This document shows positions 54,508-64,000 of a stretch of DNA of 64,000 nucleotides, in pieces; within the stretch, counting starts at the first letter, position 1, and every line of letters begins with the position of its first letter. The stretch spans positions 6,262,001 through 6,326,000 of the forward strand of contig OZ024765.1 of assembly GCA_964016885.1 (NCBI GenBank). The letters run 5' to 3'. Origin of the DNA: Eledone cirrhosa. Lineage: Eukaryota. The notes under the pieces were generated by a model. It saw only the letters and a list, made by a program, of their open reading frames with translations. It ran no database searches and was not told where the DNA came from. The translations under genes and the position numbers were made by a program.

Positions 54508-55040
54508 ATCAGACCGGGTGATGTATTTCTCAGAACAGGTGATGTATTTCTCAGACCGGGTGATGTATTTCTCAGACCGGGTGATGTATTTCTCAGACTG
54601 GGTGATGTATTTCTCAGACTGGGTGATGTATTTCTCAGACCGGGTGATGTATTTCTCAGACCGGGTGATGTATTTCTCAGACTGGGTGATGTATTTCTCA
54701 GAACAGGTGATGTATTTCTCAGACCGGGTGATGTATTTCTCAGACCGGGTGATGTATTTCTCAGACCGGGTGATGTGTTGTTTCCTTGAGCAAGACACTT
54801 TATTTCACATTGCTTCAGTTTACTCAGCTGTAGAAATGAGATGATAGGGACTGGGGTCCCTATCATTCCACTCCAAAGTGGACGTGTAGGTGCCACGGCA
54901 AAAAAGGACCCAGCACTCACTGTAAATGGGGTTGGTGTTAGGAAGGGCATCCAGCTGTAGAAATCAAGCCAGAATCAGTCCCTGTCCCACCCTTGCAAGC
55001 AGGGAAAAAGCGGGCTTCAAATGAAATGATGATGAAATGA
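54508..55040 (+). mobile_element. 5'-truncated SINE with a 21-bp minisatellite (~12 units) at its head
   Basis: tcagaccgggtgatgtatttc repeats, then the normal SINE body. Confidence 0.9.
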
Positions 55041-55399
55041 TATAAATGTAAGCATACACAGACATACACGTCAGCAGATGGAAAAAAAAATTCTAGTAAA
55101 ATTAAATGGCTGAGAGGTGCTTATCTGTAACTCTGAATGTCCCCCTAACTCCTTGACTCTGTTTTTGGGTCAGGTGTCAGATCGGTTGAAAACAAACGGA
55201 TAAACCTAGAAAAGAAAAGAAATTCCCACTGCAGAGATACAGCCGGTTTAAATGCTAAAGGGTTAAAAACAGGGTCATACGAACATATTTAGAGTCAAAA
55301 GATCGCAATATTGGTGTTCTTCTCAGTCTGGATGAGCTCCGCATCTCCATTGCACTCTGGTGGGGAGCCAATGTCTGTGGGGATCTGGGATGTCGCTGT

Positions 55400-56190
55400 G
55401 GTGGTTCCCTCGACTCGACAGGCCTTTGTGGTTTGTCTTGCTGCCAGAATACTGTTTGTTTAGTTCACCACTCCAAGCTAAGCGGGGCCTAGCTCGGGTA
55501 AATTTCCTTTCAATTCTTGAGCTGACTGGATTATCCAGAATTGATGTGAAGGGACCAGATGGTGTTGCTATTTGTCCCTGGGTAAGAGGTAGATGTCTCA
55601 TCTGGGGCATGACAGTTACAGACTCTTTTGCTCCTTCCCACATCATGGATGCTGCAGTAAATGTGAGGGTCACTGCTTCTGTAGTCAAATGGCATAAAAT
55701 CCTAAAATACAGTCAAATAACTGTGAAATTTGTGATGTTTGGTGTAGCTGGGTCTCTGACAGTGAAGTTCTTGTCATTGTTGTCGGCTTGCCTTACCGAG
55801 GTATTAGGTGATGCCCATGAGGGTGCTTGGTTGTTTCAGTGTCTTAGCCTCGCCATCATCCATCCTTACTGAAGTATCAGGTGATAGCCATTAGGGTACT
55901 TGGCTGTTTCTGTGTCTTACCCTCGCCATCACCTGGCTTTACTGAGGTGTCAGGTAATGCTTCTGGTGAGGGTGCCTGGCTGTTGGAGTGCCTTAGCCTC
56001 GCCATCACCTGGTCTTACTGAGGTATCAGGTGATGCTCCTGGTGAGGGTGCCTGGCTGTTTCTGTCTTAGCTGCGCCATCTCCAAGCCTTACTGAGGTAT
56101 CAGGTGATGCCTGGGAGGGTGCTTGGCTGTTTCAGTGCTTTAGCCTCGCCACCACCCTCGGTAATGTTGCAAGTGTGATAGCTTGCCTCA
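55400..56190 (+). mobile_element. Decayed CRE-like RLE non-LTR element end, with ~65-bp tandem duplications
   Basis: ELTGLSRIDVKGPDG...PWVRGRCLIW..TVTDSFAPS resembles EPxGLxRxDGKRPDG...WDxTV. The GAWLFQCLSLAI segment is repeated about 5 times at 55790-56160. Confidence 0.65.
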
Positions 56191-56630
56191 AAAATGTCCA
56201 TTGACTCTTGTGATGTGCGACCAATGCAAGCACTTGGTGGTGAATTGATGTTTTGTTTTTTTTGTTAGTTTTTTCGCCTTTTTTCTCTCGCTTTGATCAT
56301 TATATTTTTTGGTCATTATATTTGTGATTGGCAGAATCGGTAGAGCGTCAGACACCATGCTTTCCAACATAGAGTTATGTTCCGACATAGAGCTCATTAT
56401 GTTCCGAGTTCAAATCCCGCCGAGGTTAACTTTGCCTTTCATCCTTACAAAGTTGATAAAATAAAGTACCAGTAATGTACTTGGGTCGATTTAATCGACT
56501 TTCCCCTTCTTCCAAATCGTTGGCCTTGGGCCTAAGTTAAACCCGTAAGGTGAGAGGTGTGGCCGATTGTTGCACCTGGTCGTGAATTGATGTATTTTTG
56601 TTTGTTCAAATGTTTATACACGGCTTAGAC

Positions 56631-56957
56631 CAGGGGTCCATGTGGACCACTAGTGGGTCCACAGGAAAATTCAGGTGGTCCACAGAAAATGTTCAATAGC
56701 AAATTCTCTTTTGATCCATGCATTTGACTTAAAGCGCTGTTCTTATTCTTCGCATAAGTACGACTTCAGCTGTTTATTTGCGTAGATTTTTAGGTACTGC
56801 GACATGATAATAGCATTTTCTAATTCATTGAACAAAAACATCTACTGATGCTTATAAGTAGCAGTTCTATTACAAAAGATTTAAAAGTTTAGGTGGTCCA
56901 CAGGAAAAAATTACTTATTTTGGTGGTCCACAGCGAAAAAAAGGTTGAGAACCCCTG
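56631..56957. mobile_element. hAT-superfamily MITE
   Basis: Termini CAGGGGT...ACCCCTG, exact 8-bp TSD GCTTAGAC (56623-56630 and 56958-56965), repeated subterminal ggtggtccacag motifs. Confidence 0.9.
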
Positions 56958-57399
56958 GCTTAGACATTATATTTGTAATTTACCTTTACAGTTAGAGTTC
57001 AAATCCCGCCAAGGTTAACTTTGCCTTTCATCCTTACAAGGTCGATAAAATAAAGTACCAGTAATGCTCTGGGGTTAATTGCTAGCCTTGTGCCAAAAAG
57101 TAGAAACAATTATGTTTGTAATGTCCTTCAGAACGAATTGCGAGTAATTTATGTTATTTACGCACTTATAATGCTATTTGTGTTTATATTTAAAACATAT
57201 TTGTAATGTTATCTGTACAATTGGGAATAAAAACTACTAATTATTAAAACGAAACTTAAAGGTCATTCAACATGTCTCAATATTTGAAGGGTTTAAAGCC
57301 CCTTAGAGTTGGAAAGTTTGATATTGTACATGGCTTCTAAGAGTGGCTTTATTGAGCCAAAGTCAGTCACACTCCATTGCACATAAAGTCATTTTGGTT

Positions 57400-58099
57400 A
57401 TTTTATAATCCAGGTAAAGTAAAAACGTGTTGAGCCCGACATGGGGCATTGTTGAAACAGATTCCGTTAACGTTCGGTTTATTGACGATTATTGCCGATA
57501 TTTTGCGAGGGTTAAACATTTTTTTATATTTTTAACCCCTTTTCGTTAATTTTGTGTAGTTAAAAACAATAAATTACCAAAATATTTACGTTTTAATACG
57601 TTGGAAGGTATTTTGTATTTTATTTTATTTTCAATTTTCTTTTCCTTCCCACCAAATAAAAAATATAGTTTTCCGTTTGTATTTTACGGAGTTAAACGAA
57701 AATGGAGAAAAATAATAACGACAAAAACATATTAGGACAAAATTTATTAAATTTAAATACATTTATTTTATTTTATAACCAGTTCTGAATGAACTGGGTA
57801 TTTGAAGTAAAATAATTAGAATAAATCGAATTTAACTTTTTATCTAATTTTCAAAAAAAAGATTATTTTTCCTGAGTAAGTTTTATAGAAAGACGTGACT
57901 TGGTTGTAATGTCGTCTGCTATGTACGTCAAAGTAGATAGATTTACTATCGGACACTGAAATAGTGACAATTATTCCAAATTCATTGATTTGATATCGAT
58001 TATTGTGGGATATTGTTTTGATTACTCGAAAATAAACAATATTCATTCTCAATAAGTGGGAATTTTCTTTTATTATCTGAAGTGTGCTGGGCAGTCAAT
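57400..58099. promoter_or_regulatory. Probable promoter/5' region of MCMDC2
   Basis: TE- and microsatellite-free stretch that visibly retains CpGs directly upstream of the ATG. GTCGTCTGCT at 57911-57920 and a CRE-like TACGTCA at 57924-57930. Possible 5'UTR splice acceptor ttttcttttattatctgaAG ending at 58082. Confidence 0.35.
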
Positions 58100-60082
58100 A
58101 TGTCGAGTAATGCTAATCTTTTAACAGCTGCCTTATGTTATATGGACAAACACGGTCTTCTGAAAACCATAAAGAGGGTTTGCAAGGAATATGAACAAAT
58201 GGAAAAGTGTACATTTTATTCCTTTGCCGTTGAAATTGATTCTATAGAAATTCTTAATGAAAATCCATTTCTTGGCAATCTGCTTTTGAATTCTCCGCGT
58301 AAAGCTACACTGCTGTTTCAGGAGATTATATATTATTACATTACAGTTGTTAAGCTTCTTAGTGAAGACATTCAGCTGAATCAAGTGTCTATTTCTCTAC
58401 GTCTTGTATCTGTTCCTAATATTGCTGGTGTGTATGTCATTAAAACATTCCGCGATCTTCTCGCTACGCCTGAGAAAACCAGAATGATAACTATGCAGGG
58501 TGTTGTGATCGGCATGACAGCTTTATCAAAATACACACACCACACTATATACGAATGTCCGATCACAGAATGCCCAGGATCTTCCAGTAAAGAATACATC
58601 AGAACTCATATTCCTGGTGCCACAGAAGCTCAAATAATACGGAACAATTTCAATTGTTTTTATTGTGGCTCCATTCTAGAAGAGATAAAACCATGTCGTT
58701 ATTTAGCTGATAAGGTCATTGCTGAGGTCATACCATCTGGGGTATTTCTAGATTCTGGAAGTTGCCGACACCAAGCTATTCTTGTCTACATCAGAGATGA
58801 CTTGACTAAAAGTATCGCTCTTGGACAGGAACATCAGTTTTTTGGAATAGTCAGGCGAGATTACCATGACAGTGAAATATCAGTCACCATTGAAGCAAAT
58901 AATATCACAAGAATCCATTATGAAGAATTTGCTTGTGATTTTAAACACTTGCCAAATAATCTTTGGCACATATTTCAGAACACTGCAAATACTCCATGGA
59001 GGTTTGCTTCTAGTTTGGCATTTTACTTTGCAAATAAAATTGCGCCCCAGGGAAGTTTCTGGATGCTAAAATTAGGCATTCTTTTAAATCTTGTCTGCAG
59101 TGAGAATGAGAAAGAAAATGACAACTTTGATCCATTGCACCTTCTTGTAATTGGGGAAGAAAGTCACATAATATCTAGACTGTTGCTCTACTCCCTCCGT
59201 TATTGTCCCAGAGCCATCAAACACACCGCTAACAATTATCTAACTGGGAAAGTCACTGCTGATACATATGGCACGGCCCCGTATTTTGTAGAAGCAGGGT
59301 CTCTGTTGTTAGCTTCAAGCGGAGTTTGTTATCTCGGAGATGTGTCTCGATGCAAGAAAAGTATGGTTGGAAGTCTGAGATCAATCTTGACTGAAAAGAA
59401 AATTAATCTTGAAGTTGGGTCGAAGTTTACTGAAGGGCTCCCTCACCTCATTGAATATTCTTTAAAGTGTAGAATTTGGGCTTTTGATTCCTCGTCAAAC
59501 TGTAAAATTGCTGAGAAAGGTGACGATCTTTTGTCAAAAGGTAATTTTGTTAATCAACAAAATTACCTCATGGAAGCTTTTAATTTTATCATCTTCACCA
59601 GCTCGAACGAGAGTCAAAAAGTCATGAATCACATGCTAGAGAGTTATTTAAATGAAGACCGTAACATATCATCTTTAGATGATGATCTTGTTAACGTCAT
59701 AAAGAACTTACGAGGATGGAAAGTCAGTCTGACTGAAAAAAGTGAAGATATTCTAAAGGGTTACTACGTTGCTTCACGCAGAGCTCGAACTGTTTCTATG
59801 GACTGTTCACTGGTACCAGCATCTGCCTTACAGGTTCTCGCTCAGATGACACAGAGTTTTGCTAAACTGAGTCTCCGACACCAAGCTGTTGAATCTGATG
59901 CTGTCATGGCCATACGGCTGTATGAAGAGTCATTAATGATGAGGTTTGGAGTGTCAGTGTTAGATGTGCACCTTACACAACCGAATGATGGTGACAATCT
60001 TAACACTTTTCTGCAAACTAATGATGATGCCATGATGAAATTCTTGTTGCAATTTAGGCAATGTTGTACCAGCTTCACTTAA
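58100..60082 (+). CDS. MCMDC2: MCM domain-containing protein 2 (catalytically degenerate meiotic MCM paralog), single coding exon, 660 aa
   Basis: Only long non-repetitive host ORF; first ATG at 58100 (the track starts at a GTG at 58082). MCM N-terminal/OB region (LLLNSPRKATLLFQE, ITMQGVVIGMT), zinc finger CPITECPGS...CFYCG, degenerate Walker A (HLLVIGEESH vs NxLLxGDPGxxKS), degenerate Walker B region (VEAGSLLLASSGVCYLGDV vs LEAGALVLADxGVCCIDEF), and C-terminal GYYVASRR...SFAKLSLRHQAVESDAVMAIRLYEESL. Confidence 0.88.
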   Translation: MSSNANLLTAALCYMDKHGLLKTIKRVCKEYEQMEKCTFYSFAVEIDSIEILNENPFLGNLLLNSPRKATLLFQEIIYYYITVVKLLSEDIQLNQVSISLRLVSVPNIAGVYVIKTFRDLLATPEKTRMITMQGVVIGMTALSKYTHHTIYECPITECPGSSSKEYIRTHIPGATEAQIIRNNFNCFYCGSILEEIKPCRYLADKVIAEVIPSGVFLDSGSCRHQAILVYIRDDLTKSIALGQEHQFFGIVRRDYHDSEISVTIEANNITRIHYEEFACDFKHLPNNLWHIFQNTANTPWRFASSLAFYFANKIAPQGSFWMLKLGILLNLVCSENEKENDNFDPLHLLVIGEESHIISRLLLYSLRYCPRAIKHTANNYLTGKVTADTYGTAPYFVEAGSLLLASSGVCYLGDVSRCKKSMVGSLRSILTEKKINLEVGSKFTEGLPHLIEYSLKCRIWAFDSSSNCKIAEKGDDLLSKGNFVNQQNYLMEAFNFIIFTSSNESQKVMNHMLESYLNEDRNISSLDDDLVNVIKNLRGWKVSLTEKSEDILKGYYVASRRARTVSMDCSLVPASALQVLAQMTQSFAKLSLRHQAVESDAVMAIRLYEESLMMRFGVSVLDVHLTQPNDGDNLNTFLQTNDDAMMKFLLQFRQCCTSFT

Positions 60083-60090
60083 AACTAATT

Positions 60091-60450
60091 ATGAAAGACA
60101 CTGCCTATGTCTTTAACCCTTTCATTACCATATTTCTAATGAAAGACACTGTCTATGTCTTTAACCCTTTCATTACCATATTTCTAATGAAAGACACTGT
60201 CTATGTCTTTAACCTTTCATTACCATATTTCTAATAAAAGACACTGCCTATGTCTTTAACCCTTTCATTACCATGTTTCTAATAAAAGACACTGTCTATG
60301 TCTTTAACCCTTTCATTACCATATTTCTAATAAAAGACACTGTCTATAACTTTAACCCTTTCATTACCATATTTCTAATGAAAGACACTGTTTATGTCTT
60401 TAACCCTTTCATTACCATATTTCTAATAAAAGACACTGTCTGTCTTTAAG
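60091..60450. repeat. Same 48-bp minisatellite (~8 units) immediately after the MCMDC2 stop
   Basis: Begins 8 nt after TAA; four units carry an AATAAA variant. Confidence 0.95.
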
Positions 60451-61339
60451 CCTTTTGTTATCATATAATTATATTTTTCTCCCCAAACTACCAAAAACAC
60501 ACATCTATTTGTATATGCACTACAATTTATGTACATGTCATGTTTATTGTATATCAAAGTTGTTTTATATCTTGGTTGATATTTGATAATAACAGCTAAA
60601 CTAATCCCTACAACTAAATTGACCAAATTTGGCCCCACCAATTCAGAAATTGGCAGAGTCATTAAAACGTTGGATAAAATGCTTTATGGTATTCGTTCCG
60701 GCTGTCTGGTCTCTGAGGTCAAATCCTGCTGAGGTCAACTTTGCTTTTTATCCTTTTGAAGTCGATAAAAAAAAGTACCAGTCTAGTACTGGGGTTGATT
60801 CTTCCTCTCTCTGGAAGAAATCTCTGTACTCAGGCCTGGAGAGGGATGGGCTCCGCCAGGTTTAATTAAAATGCTCAAGAAACCCCTACGATTCTATCAG
60901 GAGTTACGGGACCATACATACAATTCAGAAATGCTCACATCGCCCCTGATAATAATGATTTCTACTATAGGCACAAGGCCAGCAATTTTGGGGGCGGAGA
61001 ACGTCGATTAATTCGACCCCAGTGCGTGACTGGTACTTTATTTTATCGACGCCCATAAGAATGAAAAGCAAAGTTAACCTTGGCGGGATTTGAACTCAGA
61101 TCATAAAGGGCTGTAACTCTATGCTGCGAAGCGTGGCCCTACTGCTTCTGATAATAATAATAAACACTTTAAAATAAACAGCTTTCTATCAGAGTACCAG
61201 GGACGATTTCAGGTGGTTTCATTTCAAAAGGGTTTAACTAGAATTCTACAAACAGAACCGTCTAACCAAGAGGTTCCGAAACAGTGAGGTGGAAGAGGAT
61301 AGCAGGAGAGACGGAATGATTGAAAGACAAAGATTTTAA

Positions 61340-62204
61340 AGATTTTCAGTTCTGACAAATATCAAAAACCAAAAAAGGGAAAGGCTTCTTTGTGATGAAG
61401 AGGAGATGAGAGTTTATCTCAAATTAGACCTAATATAAAAGAGATTACTAGTCAAAATAAGCTCATACCTTTCATTAAATTTGTGTACTTTAATCATATT
61501 ATAAGTTATTTATATTATATATTATATTTAATGAAGGCGGTGAATTGGCAGTAAAGGTAGAGGGTTGGACGCCATGCTTTCCATCATAGTTACGTCCATT
61601 TACAATCTGAGTTCAAATCCTGCCGAGGTTGACTTTGCCTTTCATCCTTACAGGGTCGATAAAATAAAGTACCAGTAATGCACTGGGTAATTGCCGGCCT
61701 TGTGCCTAAAGTAGAAACAATTATATTTAATGAACTGGGTGTTAGGAAGGGCATCCAGCTGTAGAAAACCCGCCAGACAGTCCTATGCGAGCAGGACAAC
61801 CACTCTTGCCTCAAGTGGGAAAACCCCCGTCCAAACCCATGCAAGCGTGGAACACGGACGCTAAACCTGATGATGATGATGATGATGATGATGAACTATT
61901 AGTCATTATTGTGGATTAGCAGTATCGGTAGAGGGTCGGACGCCATGCTTTGACGCATAGAGTTACGGTCCTTGCCATTCTGAGTTCAAATCCCGCCAAG
62001 ATTAACTTTGCCTTTCATCCTTACGGGGTCGATAAAATAAAGTACCAGTAATGCACTGGGATAATAGCTGGCCTTGTGCCAAAAGTAGGAACGATTATTA
62101 ATTTTATTTTTAAATGTACTTTTTATCACATAAAATTTTGTGAGGAGTGAGCAAACTTTCATTCTGAAAATGTGGCCCAGAGAAAAATAGTTTGGGAACC
62201 ACTG
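61340..62204 (+). mobile_element. Decayed hAT (Buster/Charlie-like) transposase C-terminus and end, interrupted by SINEs
   Basis: Frameshifted LTNIKNQKRERLL..EEMRVYL/SQIRPNIKEI resembles the hAT dimerisation-domain tail; terminal tttgggaaccactg near 62191-62204. Confidence 0.45.
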
Positions 62205-63222
62205 GTCTAACCCATGCTAACGTGGAAAATGGACATTAAACGATGATGATGGTAATGATGATGATGATGATGATGATGGTGATGATGATGCTGATGATGA
62301 GAACCATTACAAGATTGTATTAAGTTAAGCTGCTTCTCCAAACAAATTATTCCTGATATATAATTGTCTGATAGAAAATCTTCTTAACAGATATATAGAT
62401 TTTAATAGCAGTTTAGATGGTAGTAAGGGTGGGTGAGACAAGTCTGCAAATCTTACGATTACACTTGCATACTTGTAAATGGTTAATGTACATGAAAGGC
62501 TAAACAGGGTATGTATGTATGTGTGTATATATGTATGTATGTATGTATGTAAAAACGCATGGCTTAGTGGTTAGAGCATTGGGCTTGCAATTGAAAGTTT
62601 GTATAGTTCAATTCTCGGACTGGGTGATGTGTTGTTTCCTTGAGCAAGACACTTTATTTCACATTGCTCCAGTTTACTCAGCTGTAGAAATGAGATGATA
62701 GGGACTGGGGTCCCTATTATTCCACTACAAAGTGGTCGTGGAGGTGCCATGGCAGAAAAGCACCCAGCACTCACTGTAAATGAGGTTGGTGTTAGGAAGG
62801 GCATCCAGCTGTAGAAATCAAGCCAGAATCAGTTCCCATCCCACCCTTGCAAAAGCAGGAAGAAGCGGATGTAAAAATGATGATGATGATTATAATGATA
62901 TATATACACATATATGTGCGTGTGCGTGTGTGTGTATATATATATATATATAAATAAATATATATATTGAGTAGTGGAGGTTGTGTGATGTGGTGTTGTG
63001 GTAGTGTGGTGTTGTGAGGTAGTGTGGTTGTGAGGTAGTGTGGTGTTGTGGTATACTATAGTGTGGCAGATGGAGAAGAAGTGTCATGGTAGACAATTCG
63101 TCTGCAATTCATCAAAGCTTTACATATTCAGTTTCACAACTCACATGATCAAAGAGGTAATATTATACAGTCAGTGGTTTATGGATAGAAACACACACAT
63201 ATATATACATATATATGTGTAC

Positions 63223-63253
<31 letters not shown>

Positions 63254-63272
63254 CATATGTATATATGTGTGT

Positions 63273-63380
<108 letters not shown>

Positions 63381-64000
63381 GTATGTACATGTGTGTATAT
63401 ATATATATACATACATACACAAACGCACACACATGTATATATATGTATGTATGTGTGTAGATACACACAGACATATGTATATATAGATACATATATACAT
63501 ATATATGTACACACACACACATACATACACACATATATATACACACACAAACATACACACACACATATACATACACACACACATGTATATATACCCATAC
63601 ACATACACACACATATATATATATATACATACATATATATACATGTATGTATGTACCAACCTGTCCAGTTTATGGCAACATGGAAAGTAGATGTAAAATG
63701 GTAAAATGATGATGATGATAACTCTTTGTTTGTCCACAGTTAAAACCTATAAAAGTATAAAAAATACATGTGTGTGTGTGTGAGCACCTAGTACACTCTG
63801 TTAGTAGTTTGGGGTTAGGAAGGACATCCAGCGGTCAAAACATTACTATAAAAGGGATGAAAGCTTTCTGCAGTTTTGTCAAATGACAGTGCAGGAGTCC
63901 TGATAAAATGGCCGCTGTATACTCTGTAAAGTGGTTGATGTTAGGAAGGATATTCAGCTGTCAGCGACACTTTCTCCAGCCGCAACCTGGTGCAGTCTGC

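Noticed and set aside
57840-58599. Antisense ORFs around MCMDC2
   Set aside because: Short shadow frames with no recognisable motifs.

Overview
AT-rich, microsatellite-saturated metazoan DNA. The SINE/RTE repeat content resembles Octopus or another coleoid cephalopod (inference, not a database result). Only one host gene is well supported: an uninterrupted, intron-free ORF (ATG 58100 to stop 60082, +, 660 aa) encoding a catalytically degenerate MCM-family protein, most likely MCMDC2. Almost all other ORFs in the track are translations of simple repeats. The rest is a layered TE landscape: a DD34D mariner with an open ORF, a deleted DD37D (maT) element, two non-autonomous Helitrons, a hAT MITE with an 8-bp TSD, a TTAA-flanked piggyBac-like MITE family (one copy nested in another at its internal TTAA), RTE, CR1 and RLE-type LINE fragments, two tRNA-derived SINE families, and many minisatellites amplified from internal TE segments. 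Several dispersed hammerhead-ribozyme folds occur, probably Penelope-like remnants, and two of them have all three helices. A few possible small exons of an unidentified minus-strand gene lie near 12.4-13 kb. I found no clear novel multi-gene system. The best leads are the intronless MCMDC2 with a minisatellite 3' end carrying AATAAA variants, the hammerheads, and the pervasive TE-seeded tandem amplification.
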